Below are positions 29,724-39,572 of a stretch of 64,000 bases of DNA, in pieces; position 1 is the stretch's first letter; each line of letters opens with the position of its first letter. The notes under the pieces were generated by a model. The model was not told where the DNA came from and did no database searches. It saw only the letters and a list, made by a program, of their open reading frames with translations. The DNA is from a bacterium UBP1_UBA4783 (GTDB lineage Bacteria > Krumholzibacteriota > Krumholzibacteriia > Krumholzibacteriales > Krumholzibacteriaceae): the NCBI GenBank assembly GCA_002403075.1, contig DHHB01000007.1, positions 2,339 through 66,338 of the forward strand, written 5' to 3'. The translations under genes and the position numbers were made by a program.

Positions 29724-31247
29724 TTGGCCATCATCCTCGACGGAAAGAGCCTTACGCTCGAGAAGCTCGTCCAGATCGCCCGGCACGGCGAGAAGGTCGA
29801 AATCGCTCCCGAAGCGATCGACCGGATGAAGGCGTGCCGCGCCATGCTCGAGAAGAAGATCGTCGCCCACGAGATCATGTACGGCGTCAACACGGGGATC
29901 GGCGAGTTCTCCGAGGTCGTCCTGAACGACGATCAGATCAAGGACTTCCAGCGCTACCTCATCTACAACCACGCCGCCGGCATCGGCGACCCGGCCCCGA
30001 TCGAGTACGTCCGTGCGGCGATGGCCTCGCGCATCAACGTTCTCTCGAAGGGGAACTCCGGAAACCGCCCCGTCATCGCCCTTACCCTCGCCGAGATGCT
30101 CAACAAGGGCGTCACGCCGTTCGTGTGCCAGAAGGGCTCGGTCGGCGCCTCGGGCGATCTCGCCCCGATGTCCCAGATCGCGCTGCTCCTCCTCGGCGAG
30201 GGGCAGGCGTACTACGAGGGAAAGCTCCTTCCCGGCGACGCCGCGATGAAGCGCGCCGGGATAGCGGTTCCGGGGCTCGAGGCGCGCGACGGACTCGCCG
30301 CGATCAACGGATCCAACCTGCTGACGTCGATGAGCGCGCTCATGCTGTACGACACGAACCGCTGGCTCAAGCAGGCCGAGATCGCGGCCGCGATGACCCT
30401 CGAGGCGCTCATCGCGAACATGAAGCCGTACACGCCGCTCCTCCACGAGGTGCGGGGGTTCGCCGGCGCGGTCCGCTCCGCGAACGCGATCCTCACATGC
30501 GTCGCCGAGGGGGACGTCGTCATGGGAAAGGTGAAGACGAAGGTACAGGACGCCTACTCGATGCGCTCGACGCCGCAGGTCATCGGCGCGGCGCACGACG
30601 CCGTCCGCTGGGCGCGTTCGCAAGTCGAGATCGAGCTCAACGGCGTCGGCGACAACCCCATATTCTTCGCCGACCGCAACCTCACCATCTCCGGCGCCAA
30701 CTTCCAGGGCTCGCCAGTGTCGCTCCCGATGGACATGATCGGCGCGGCCGTCACGATGGTGAGCGTGCTATCGGAACGGCGCATGAACCGGCTCAACCAT
30801 CCGGCGCTCAACGTCGGGCTGCCCGCCTTCCTCACCAAGGGCGCCGGCATGTTCTCCGGCATGATGCTCAGCCAGTACACAGCCGACATGCAGATCGTCG
30901 AGCAGCGGATCCTCTCGATGCCGGCGTCGATCCAGTCGATCCCGGCCGCGGCCGATCAGGAGGACTTCGTTTCGATGGGCATGAACACGGCCATCAAGAA
31001 CTTCCAGATCCTCGACAACGCCTACGGCGTGCTCGGCATCGAGTTCATGGCCGCCGCGCAGGCCCTCGACTTCCGGGAATTCAAGCTCGGACGCGGAACG
31101 GCGAAAGCGAAGGAAACGATCCGGCGCCACGTCGAGTTCCTCGACGTCGACCGGCCCCTCTATCCGGATCACACGCGCATGCAAGAGCTCGTGCGCTCGT
31201 GCGAAATCCTCGAAGCGGTGGAGAAGGAGATCGGCGCCATCGGCTGA
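29724..31247 (+). CDS. MIO-dependent aromatic amino acid ammonia-lyase (histidine ammonia-lyase-like)
   Basis: YGVNTGIG, GSVGASGDLAP (MIO Ala-Ser-Gly), QDAYSMR, DNP, GANF, QEDFVSMG; TTG start after GGGAGG. Confidence 0.9.
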   Translation: MAIILDGKSLTLEKLVQIARHGEKVEIAPEAIDRMKACRAMLEKKIVAHEIMYGVNTGIGEFSEVVLNDDQIKDFQRYLIYNHAAGIGDPAPIEYVRAAMASRINVLSKGNSGNRPVIALTLAEMLNKGVTPFVCQKGSVGASGDLAPMSQIALLLLGEGQAYYEGKLLPGDAAMKRAGIAVPGLEARDGLAAINGSNLLTSMSALMLYDTNRWLKQAEIAAAMTLEALIANMKPYTPLLHEVRGFAGAVRSANAILTCVAEGDVVMGKVKTKVQDAYSMRSTPQVIGAAHDAVRWARSQVEIELNGVGDNPIFFADRNLTISGANFQGSPVSLPMDMIGAAVTMVSVLSERRMNRLNHPALNVGLPAFLTKGAGMFSGMMLSQYTADMQIVEQRILSMPASIQSIPAAADQEDFVSMGMNTAIKNFQILDNAYGVLGIEFMAAAQALDFREFKLGRGTAKAKETIRRHVEFLDVDRPLYPDHTRMQELVRSCEILEAVEKEIGAIG

Positions 31248-31261
31248 GCCCGGCCCCCGGG

Positions 31262-33403
31262 TCACCGCAGCCGGACGACCTTCATGTTTCCCCGCAGCCC
31301 GGGGCCCTCGATCGCGCAGAAATAGACGCCGCTCGCGACCGGTTCTCCCGCGGCGCTCGTCCCGTCCCAGAAGAGCTGCTGCGTGCCGGATTCGGCGTCC
31401 TCCCGCGAAATCTCCCTGACGAGCCGCCCGGCGGCGTCGAAGATCGCGAGCCGCACGCGCCCCCTCGCGACGGCGTTGTATTCGAAGCACGTGCGCTCGA
31501 GGAACGGGTTCGGGAAGCACCGCAGGGACACGGGCGGCAGAGGCGCCTCGACGGCGTACGCGCACGCGAGATTGTCGACGTATATGTTCCTCGCGGAGAT
31601 CGGCCCCGGGTTGTACTGCAGGACCCCGAAGTAACACCTGGACAACGGCTTGAGATCCGCGACGGCGACGTCGACGAGAGTCGTCCCGTCCTTATCGAGC
31701 CTCACGGCCGCGGCGGTCTTTCCCTCCTTGGCGACGGTGACGGTATAGACGGCGTTCGATTCGAGCATGCTCCGGTCGAACAGCGTCCTGATGGAATCGC
31801 CGGTGTCGCGATAGCAAAGACCCGTCGTCGTATCGAGCAGGATCCGCCAGTCCGCGCCCTGATCGTTGAAAAGCCCCGTGTACGCGCCGGCGAAGCGCGC
31901 GTCCGCGAATTTCGCGTCCCATCGGAAGATCCACGCGCCGCCGCCGAAATCCCTCGTGGTATAGATCGCCTTGTCCCAGCCGGTGGAGGCCCTCTCGGGC
32001 GCCTGCGTGGCGAGCCACGAGTGGCCGTCCGTGCGCGCGTCGTAGTTGAGCGCGAGCGCCCAGAGCGACGCGCCGATCTCGTACGCCCCTTTCCACTGGT
32101 GAAAGGCGTTTTTCTGAATGTCGCCGTCCCGCGAAATCGCGCGGTACGCGAAGAACGCGCCGTAGCGCTCCGCGTTATGAACGAACATGTCCACGCCGGC
32201 GAAATTGTCGTCGGTGAGAAACGCGAACGCGTCCTCCTTGTACGCCCTGAACCCGTACTCTCCGCAGCGCTCGAGATACGCGGCTACGATCAGGAACCAC
32301 ATCTGATGGCATTCGAAGTACGATTCGAGATCGTCCGCCGACCACATGATGCCGCCGAGCCGTTTCGGCGAGGCGTCCCAGCGGTTCGCGACGACCCAGC
32401 CGAGGTTCTCTTTGACGCTCTCGACCGTTTCCGCGTCGTCGAGAACGCCGTTCGCCAGCATGAGCGCGATATCGATCTTGAGCTGCTTCTGCACGTGAAA
32501 GTATTTATCGCCGATGACGAAGCTCCCCGAGCGTCCCTGAGTCGCGATCAGCCGCGAAGAGAGCTCCGCGACGAGAACCCGGCACCTTTGCCGGTCGAAG
32601 TAATCCCCGATAACGGTTTGAGCGTGATACGCGTTCGCGAATCCGCGCAGCACGATCGCCATCGATTCTCCCGGGGCGGACGCGGAGGGATAATTGTCGA
32701 CGATATAGTGAAACACGCGATCCATGTCCGCGATCACGGCCGTAAGAGCCTCGATGTCGCCTCGTCCGGCCAGATAGCGCACGCCGAGCGAGAGCGCCGA
32801 CAGGACCAATCCGTACTCGTGCGCATAATCGGCGATCGAGAGGCCGTCGATCGCGCCGTCGCTCGAGATGAACCGGCGCATGTACTCGAACTCCGCCTTC
32901 AGCGGGCCGTCCATCGCCGCGGTCTCCATGATGAGCGACGCCATGAGCGCGCCTTCCTGCAGCTCGACGGAGAAGCGCCAATCGTGCCCCCCGAGCCCGT
33001 CCCACCCCTCGACTCGGGACCACAGCAGCGTTCCCGCCCAGCATCCGAGGCGGTCGTCCCAGAAACCCAGAGCCCAGCACGGCTTCACGATCTGATTCAC
33101 CTGTTCGTAGAAGTAGTCGTGGGGCGCGGAGGCGCAGTATGACGTCCGGCCGTGAACGAGAAAGCCGGGGCTCAGCCTGTCGACGCGGTAGAAGGCGGCG
33201 TAGCGGTCCGCGGCGCCGGCGTCCCAGTCGTTGCGGAAGTCCAGAAATCCGGATTCGAACCCTTCGCTATAATCCGCGCGCGGTTCGGCGGCGCTCGCGC
33301 CGAGAGAAACGGCGCAGAGAAGCGTCGCCGCGAGAAGGCATGAGACGGCGGCTGCGGCGCCCGGCCGCGCGGCATGCGACATACCCTCGTTCATTCCCCT
33401 CAT
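31262..33403 (-). CDS. Secreted protein with C-terminal FlgD-Ig/T9SS-like sorting domain; catalytic domain unassigned
   Basis: Signal peptide (LLAATLLCAVSLGASA); C-terminus FPNPF...IFDAAGRLVR...WDG...ASGVYF...KVVRLR. Start position uncertain. Confidence 0.7.
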   Translation of the reverse strand: MRGMNEGMSHAARPGAAAAVSCLLAATLLCAVSLGASAAEPRADYSEGFESGFLDFRNDWDAGAADRYAAFYRVDRLSPGFLVHGRTSYCASAPHDYFYEQVNQIVKPCWALGFWDDRLGCWAGTLLWSRVEGWDGLGGHDWRFSVELQEGALMASLIMETAAMDGPLKAEFEYMRRFISSDGAIDGLSIADYAHEYGLVLSALSLGVRYLAGRGDIEALTAVIADMDRVFHYIVDNYPSASAPGESMAIVLRGFANAYHAQTVIGDYFDRQRCRVLVAELSSRLIATQGRSGSFVIGDKYFHVQKQLKIDIALMLANGVLDDAETVESVKENLGWVVANRWDASPKRLGGIMWSADDLESYFECHQMWFLIVAAYLERCGEYGFRAYKEDAFAFLTDDNFAGVDMFVHNAERYGAFFAYRAISRDGDIQKNAFHQWKGAYEIGASLWALALNYDARTDGHSWLATQAPERASTGWDKAIYTTRDFGGGAWIFRWDAKFADARFAGAYTGLFNDQGADWRILLDTTTGLCYRDTGDSIRTLFDRSMLESNAVYTVTVAKEGKTAAAVRLDKDGTTLVDVAVADLKPLSRCYFGVLQYNPGPISARNIYVDNLACAYAVEAPLPPVSLRCFPNPFLERTCFEYNAVARGRVRLAIFDAAGRLVREISREDAESGTQQLFWDGTSAAGEPVASGVYFCAIEGPGLRGNMKVVRLR

Positions 33404-33487
33404 GTGCCCCCCCGCATGAAGGCGGATGCGATTCCAAAACCCGGTATTGAAGCGGAACGCGATCGCGGCGAACGAGCCGTCACATAC

Positions 33488-33516
33488 AGCGTATCAGAAA
33501 TGAGACGGGGATTCAA
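33488..33516 (-). promoter_or_regulatory. sigma70-type promoter for the 31262-33403 gene
   Basis: Minus strand TTGAAT-N17-TACGCT. Confidence 0.45.
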
Positions 33517-33732
33517 GCGGCGCGCATTCAGCGCGCATCCCGCGCGTTCCGGGCTCGCCCGCCGCGGGCGAGCCCGCGGGTGGGAGAGCCGAGAAAGCCT
33601 CTCTTACAACGGAGACGAAAATTCATTATATTTAGATGGAAAATGAACGTGCCGGTTCATCAGCGTGTCGCGCCGCCGCGCCGCCGGTCGGCGACGCAAA
33701 GGGGCGGCACGGAGCAGCCGGAGGAGGTCGTC

Positions 33733-36183
33733 GTGAAACCAATTCGCCCGATCGCTGCCGCGTGCGTGTTTCTCGCGGTGTGCGCCGGCGCCGTCTCGGC
33801 CGGCGAATCGAAGCTCAACCCCGCGCTCCGCTTCCTCAGACACGAGCGCGAGTCCGGCCGCGCGGCGAAGGGATCGCGCCCCGAGCTCGCCGCGGCGCGC
33901 TCGGAGCGCGTCGAGGTGACGGTGAAGTTCGATCGCGTCCTCACGGAGGCCGAGTTGGCGGCGCTCGAGGCGCGGGGCGTTTCCTTCCGCCGCGTCGGCG
34001 GAGAGGTTTCGCGCACCGGCGTTGTCTATCCGGCGAGCGTTCGCTGGGACGCCCTCGAAGGGATATCGGCGGAGAACGCCGTGATCCGGATGGAGGCCGC
34101 GTGGCGTCCCTGCGTCTTTCCCCTCCTCGACGTGAGCGCGCACGAAACCGAGGCCGATTCGGTGTGGAGCTACGCGGATCCGCTCGGCGCTCCCCTCACG
34201 GGCACCGGGCTCCGCATCGCCGACTTCGACACCGGCATCGACGTCTTCCATCCCTCCTTCTTCTTCGCCGACGGCGACACGCTCGACTGGATCGACGTCG
34301 ACGGCTACGGCACGTTCAACCCCGGCTACGACAGAGTCGACCTCAACGGCAACGGCCTCGCCGATCCGAACGAGCTCCTCTCCTACTGGGACGGCTGGAT
34401 CTACGACCCCGCGCACGTATGGGGAGGCGGAACGAACAACAACGTCGGAAACGGCTTCCAAACCTATTGGGACTGGCTCTACAACGACGCGAACGGCAAC
34501 TCGCAGCGCGACTACGGCGCGGCCGCCGGCTTCACCGAGAGCTCGCCGACGTATGGAGAGCGTCTCTTCGTCGCTCTCGACGACAACGGGAACGGGACGC
34601 TCGACGCGGGCGAGAAGCTCGTCGCGCTCGGCACGTCCAAGATATACGCCACGCTCAACGCGGGCGCGACGGAGCGCGTGCGCGGCGTGGATCTCATCTC
34701 GTCGAATCCGGACGACTACGGGCACGGCACGCCCGTTTCGGGCATCCTCGCCGGCGGCACCGCGGGGCTGCATCGATTCGCGGGCCTCGCGCCGGATGCG
34801 GAGATACTCATGGGATACTATTTCGCCGGCAACTCGATCGCCGCGTGCATCCCGTGGGCGCGCTCGCGCGGAGCGGACGTCATGCTGTACGAGTTCGGCG
34901 GCTTCGTGTGGGACTACCTCGACGGCTCGACGCTCGAGGAGGAGCTCATCACGATCGAAAACGAGACGATCATCCAGATCACGCCGTCCGGCAACCTGGC
35001 CCGGGGCCGCAAGCACGCGATCGCGACGGTGGCGGGCGCCGATTCGCTCGCGCTCGGCGTCACCGTGCCGATACCGGGCAGCGCCATCCTCACGATGTGG
35101 CCGACGGTCCTCTGGCGGACGAGCACGGCCGACCTCGCCTTCCGCATCAAGACGCCGAAGGGTGGCACCGTGACGCTGAACGACGGCGCCTCGCTGATCG
35201 ACGGATACTACGTCTACTCCGAGAAATCGACGAGCCCGCGCGGCACGTGCGCTCTCTTCGTCTACGTGGACCGCAACTCCAACCCCGCGCTCACCGGAAC
35301 GTGGGAGCTCAAGGCCGTGAACAAAACGGGCGGCCCGATCGAGATCGTCGCCAACGTGGCGGACGACGTGACGTCATGGGCGGGCGGAGCGGAGTTTCTT
35401 AATCACTACACGAACGACCGCAACGTCACGTGGCCCGCGACGGCGGACGGAGCGTTCGTGAACGGCTCTTACTCGACCCGGGGGTTCGAGGGGTACGGCG
35501 GCGCCGGCGGCGGATCGATCCCCGTTGGAGAGATCAGCGCGTTCAGCGGCCGCGGGGCGCGCATCGACGGGCGCCACCTTCTCGACATCGCCTCGCCGGG
35601 AAACTACGACGTCTATTCGACGCGCACCTCTCAGGACGGAGCGGGTTATCCGCTCGGGAGCTACCGGCAGTTCAGCGGCACGAGCGCCGCGGGCCCGCAC
35701 GTCGCGGCGGCGGCCGCGCTCGTCCAACAGGCGTTTCCGCAGGCGACGATGGAGGACGTGGCGTTCCTGCTGTCGTCCCACGCCGCGACGGACGCCTTCA
35801 CCGGAGCGGTCTACAACGACACGTGGGGCTGGGGGAAGCTCCGCATCCTCGGAGCGATCGGCGTCGCGACGGACGTCGAGGATATGGCCGCCGGAGCGAC
35901 TCCGCCGCGGCTGCTGCTCGGCCAGAACTACCCGAATCCGTTCAACCCGTCGACGTGGATCCCGTTCCATCTCCCCGCCGACGGGCTCGTGAGCGTCAGA
36001 ATCTACAACGTCCGCGGAGAGCTCGTGAAGACGGTCGCCGAGAGGCGTATGGCGAGGGGCGCCCACAGCGTTCGATGGAACGGGGAGGACGCGAAGGGGA
36101 GGGCCGTCGCCTCCGGGGTCTATTTCTGCGCGCTCGCGTTCGGCGGCAGGACGGAAACGCGCACGCTCGTGCTTGTGCGATAG
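33733..36183 (+). CDS. Secreted S8 (subtilisin-like) serine peptidase with FlgD-Ig/T9SS-like C-terminal domain
   Basis: GTG after GGAGGAGG; triad DFDTGID / GHGTPVSG / FSGTSAAGPHVA; NYPNPFNP...ASGVYF C-terminal domain. Confidence 0.9.
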   Translation: MKPIRPIAAACVFLAVCAGAVSAGESKLNPALRFLRHERESGRAAKGSRPELAAARSERVEVTVKFDRVLTEAELAALEARGVSFRRVGGEVSRTGVVYPASVRWDALEGISAENAVIRMEAAWRPCVFPLLDVSAHETEADSVWSYADPLGAPLTGTGLRIADFDTGIDVFHPSFFFADGDTLDWIDVDGYGTFNPGYDRVDLNGNGLADPNELLSYWDGWIYDPAHVWGGGTNNNVGNGFQTYWDWLYNDANGNSQRDYGAAAGFTESSPTYGERLFVALDDNGNGTLDAGEKLVALGTSKIYATLNAGATERVRGVDLISSNPDDYGHGTPVSGILAGGTAGLHRFAGLAPDAEILMGYYFAGNSIAACIPWARSRGADVMLYEFGGFVWDYLDGSTLEEELITIENETIIQITPSGNLARGRKHAIATVAGADSLALGVTVPIPGSAILTMWPTVLWRTSTADLAFRIKTPKGGTVTLNDGASLIDGYYVYSEKSTSPRGTCALFVYVDRNSNPALTGTWELKAVNKTGGPIEIVANVADDVTSWAGGAEFLNHYTNDRNVTWPATADGAFVNGSYSTRGFEGYGGAGGGSIPVGEISAFSGRGARIDGRHLLDIASPGNYDVYSTRTSQDGAGYPLGSYRQFSGTSAAGPHVAAAAALVQQAFPQATMEDVAFLLSSHAATDAFTGAVYNDTWGWGKLRILGAIGVATDVEDMAAGATPPRLLLGQNYPNPFNPSTWIPFHLPADGLVSVRIYNVRGELVKTVAERRMARGAHSVRWNGEDAKGRAVASGVYFCALAFGGRTETRTLVLVR

Positions 36184-36187
36184 GCGC

Positions 36188-38083
36188 TCATCGGAAGAGC
36201 CCGATACGCTTGATTTCGTCGATAGCCGCGCAGGCACGCTCCGTATCTCCACAACCGTACGCCGAATCGAGCTCGGCGAGCGCCCGGAGAAGCTTCCATG
36301 CCGTATGGCTGTTCTTGGTCCTTGCAGTATCCCTGACCGCCGACTTCTTGATCCTCAAGAGATCTCCCATATAACGAGTGTACTTCGCTTCGCGGCTCTC
36401 CCGCAGAACCTCCTCCGCTTGGCGCATGAGCGAGCTTCGAAAATCCTGATACTGCAATTCGCACACGACATCCATCGCATAGCGGCGATAGCTTTCCGAT
36501 CCGGTTTCCATCGCCCGTTTCAATCCCGCCGGAACCGCGAAGGGCCGCCAGGCACCCATCGCCGCCATGAGCCTGCGGCGCTCCGCGATCGCACGCGGCA
36601 CGACCTCGTCCGTATAGTACGCCGTAAGTTTTTCGAGATTGGAATCGATCAGGACGGCCCGCTCGTCATGGACAGCCGTGACGCGCACCGGTTGCGCGTT
36701 TCCCGCGAGGTACATCTCCCAACGGTCGAAGAAACCGTTACCATTCGTGTCGAAGATCCTCACCTCGCCGATGTGATCCATGCCTGAGAAATGACCGATT
36801 TCAATCCAGCCTTCTTCGGCCCCGAAAAGGTGAATCCGCCGATCGACGCCGCTGTAGTAGAGCTCACGCTTGTCGGATGGTTTGCTTCGCCACTCGCGCC
36901 GCATGTTCCATTTCTGGCAAGGTCCGCCCGTGTTGGCCATGAATCGGCGCTCCCACATCCAGAAAACACCCTCCCATCGATAATCGTATGGATCGGTCGG
37001 ATCGGCGCCGTTCGCAACGGTATCGTCCGCGTTCTCGTTCCAGGAGAAGCCTGTTTCGGCTGCCTTGTACGAGTCGGCTGTCGCGCGAACATTCTTCCAT
37101 GGGATGACGGTGGTTTCCTGAGGCGGGCGTCTCTTCGGATTGATCCGAGCCGCGCCGAACAACCGGTAGGGCATCGATCCGACGAGATTGAGCGCGAAAT
37201 CGTAGTGGAGCGGCGTTTCCCGGGAGCTCCCCCGGTCGATGTCGAAGCTGTACCTGATGTTGACGACGGCCGAGTTCTCCATAGAGGGTTCCCACGGGCG
37301 CCCGTACGAACTGTTCGCATAATCCGGATCGCTGTCCGCGCTGAATCCCTCCGGCGCGGCGCTCACGCGCACCGCAACCTCGCTGAAATCATCCCCGTCC
37401 GTGTCGTAAAAGGCGAAGGGACACTCCGAGATAGGCGACCACACACCCTTCACGGGGTTGAATTTATTCATGTAAAAGATGTTGTCACCGTATGGGTCCG
37501 CGCGGAATTCGTCGCCGCGCTCGTAATTGAAGACGTTCCGCGTAATGTTGTCGTCGTCGATGTCTTCGCCGAACCACGCCCAGTTGAGGCGGCCGTCCGT
37601 GAAATAGCGGATATCCAGCTCGTCCATGTCCCCGTCGCCGTCGTTGTCGATGTAATCCACCATTCGATCGACCGTACCATCGCATCCGTAATCCACGACG
37701 TAGCAGTCCGAGTGCCGATCGCCGCCCGTACGAGCGCTCCCGTCCCCATCGTCGTCGATGATCCAGACAAACGCTTCGGCCGGGAGAGCGCTCGTCCCCC
37801 GAAGCGTCTCGCGTCGAACGAGCATGCGATCCCGCGCATCGCCCGACGCAGGCACGATGAATCCCTCGCCGGCGCGGAGCGTGCGGGCTTGCTCCCACCA
37901 CGGCTGCGAGGAGAGCGGGCGGATCGAGCCGTCGCGTCGAAGCTCCGTTTGAAGCATCCACCACGGGAGACCCGGCGCGGCGCGGCCGATTTTCTCCGGG
38001 ACCGCTTGCGACACCGCGGCGACAGCAACCGCGAACATCGAGACCGCGGTGAGACCGCATGCCGCTGAAAGCGCCGTACGCAT
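36188..38083 (-). CDS. Secreted hypothetical protein with multiple Dx[DN]xDG Ca-binding-like motifs
   Basis: Signal peptide; DDDGDG, DNDGDGD, DTDGDD, DTNGNG; long ORF with protein-like composition. Confidence 0.7.
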   Translation of the reverse strand: MRTALSAACGLTAVSMFAVAVAAVSQAVPEKIGRAAPGLPWWMLQTELRRDGSIRPLSSQPWWEQARTLRAGEGFIVPASGDARDRMLVRRETLRGTSALPAEAFVWIIDDDGDGSARTGGDRHSDCYVVDYGCDGTVDRMVDYIDNDGDGDMDELDIRYFTDGRLNWAWFGEDIDDDNITRNVFNYERGDEFRADPYGDNIFYMNKFNPVKGVWSPISECPFAFYDTDGDDFSEVAVRVSAAPEGFSADSDPDYANSSYGRPWEPSMENSAVVNIRYSFDIDRGSSRETPLHYDFALNLVGSMPYRLFGAARINPKRRPPQETTVIPWKNVRATADSYKAAETGFSWNENADDTVANGADPTDPYDYRWEGVFWMWERRFMANTGGPCQKWNMRREWRSKPSDKRELYYSGVDRRIHLFGAEEGWIEIGHFSGMDHIGEVRIFDTNGNGFFDRWEMYLAGNAQPVRVTAVHDERAVLIDSNLEKLTAYYTDEVVPRAIAERRRLMAAMGAWRPFAVPAGLKRAMETGSESYRRYAMDVVCELQYQDFRSSLMRQAEEVLRESREAKYTRYMGDLLRIKKSAVRDTARTKNSHTAWKLLRALAELDSAYGCGDTERACAAIDEIKRIGLFR

Positions 38084-38131
38084 ATGATAGATGCCCCCTT
38101 CCGGATCGAGCGACAGCGCCGCTCCGACCGC

Positions 38132-39439
38132 TCACCGATACACATCCAGATCGTTGCCTTCGATCCTCATGATCCCGAGCATCGGCGTCTTGCTTGCGCC
38201 GGAGGGGCTCTCCGCGGCGCGCATATCGACGAAAAGCACCGGCATCCCGCCTCTCCAGTTTCCTCTCGCCGTATTTCGCAAGATCGCGTTCCCCGTCGAT
38301 ACCTTCTCGGGAACGAGCTCCTTCATGCAATTCAGCCGAGGTGAATCGCATTGCCACATGGAAACGATGGCGTTCCAGCCCACGAGCTCAAAGCGGTTGC
38401 CGGCGATAACATTGCCGTTCGAATCGTCTCTGATCCGTATCGCATCGCCTTTTACCCGCTCGAACGAACAGGCCTCTATGGCGTTGGAATCGCTGTAATG
38501 AGCCAGATAGATGCAAACGATAGGAATGTTCGGATTGCTCCCGGAGCCGATGGCGCTCAGTTTCCTCTCCTCCTTCTCGATGCGCGGCACAGGATGATGC
38601 GCGGCACCGCGCGGAGCTTGGGGAAAATTCGCCAGCGTATGGTTCCTTATATCGAGAAAGGAGCAATTGACGATGCGGTTATTCCTCGAATTTACCAGTC
38701 CGACCGCGGAATATACTATGGGCTGCATCGGCAACCGCGCGTTTCCGATGCCCTCGAACACGCAGTCCTCAATCGCGTTCCCGCCGTTCCAATTATCGCG
38801 GATTTCCCGATCCCCCAAAAAAAGCACGGCCCTGCTGACGTAATTTCTCACCGTGAGGCGCCGCAAAACGATGTTCGTGGGCTCCCCCCGCATGGCGCTG
38901 AGAGCGAAAAACGGACCGACCGGGGGATCGTTTCCGGCGACGAAACACGCATTGACCCGGGGAGGATCGGATTCGATCGTTATCGAGCGCCCGGGACGAT
39001 AATACGTCCAGAGCACACTCTGGTTCAGATAGACGCCGGCATCGCTTCTCACCTTGACGATGATATCAGCATCCAGCGCCCGCTGTTTGAGCAGTTGCTG
39101 AATGCGGACAAGGGTCGCCGCCGGCCTATCCCGCGATCCCGGATTATTGTCGTCGCCCAGCGGCGAGAGATATATATAGACGGTATCCGCATCGCCGAAG
39201 GCCGCCGCTCGGCGGCCCCGGAAAGCGCCGGTTTGCGGCGCCTTTCCCCGGCCGAGAATCGAATCGCCCGTCGCGATGTGCGATGACTGGAACTCCGTCC
39301 GCTCATCCCGATCGAGACAGCCGACGAGCGAAATCCCCGCGACGAGACCCAGCAACAACGTCCATGCGCCCGCGCCGCGGCGCATGCCGCGCATCGCGCG
39401 GAGCGATGCAGGCGATTCAAGGATGACCGGTCGCTTCAT
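38132..39439 (-). CDS. Right-handed parallel beta-helix (pectate-lyase-like fold) lipoprotein, paralog 1
   Basis: YLSPLGDDNNPGS..P.ATL N-cap; repeats IEDCVFEGIG, IVNCSF, IEACSFE; lipobox-like LVGC. Start uncertain (ATG 39439 or a downstream ATG). Confidence 0.7.
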   Translation of the reverse strand: MKRPVILESPASLRAMRGMRRGAGAWTLLLGLVAGISLVGCLDRDERTEFQSSHIATGDSILGRGKAPQTGAFRGRRAAAFGDADTVYIYLSPLGDDNNPGSRDRPAATLVRIQQLLKQRALDADIIVKVRSDAGVYLNQSVLWTYYRPGRSITIESDPPRVNACFVAGNDPPVGPFFALSAMRGEPTNIVLRRLTVRNYVSRAVLFLGDREIRDNWNGGNAIEDCVFEGIGNARLPMQPIVYSAVGLVNSRNNRIVNCSFLDIRNHTLANFPQAPRGAAHHPVPRIEKEERKLSAIGSGSNPNIPIVCIYLAHYSDSNAIEACSFERVKGDAIRIRDDSNGNVIAGNRFELVGWNAIVSMWQCDSPRLNCMKELVPEKVSTGNAILRNTARGNWRGGMPVLFVDMRAAESPSGASKTPMLGIMRIEGNDLDVYR

Positions 39440-39572
39440 GACGCATAGTATAGGCGAGAATAGCGCAACGTGCAACTCGCGAGGATGGGAATCGAGGATG
39501 AGAATCGACGCGGCGAACGCAGGCGCATTATTGTATAATTGACAATGACGCCGATGTCGGGCAGGGGGTAAT

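Noticed and set aside
29693..33142. 1149-aa plus-strand ORF
   Set aside because: Off-frame over the ammonia-lyase and antisense to the next gene; Arg/Pro-rich with no domain.
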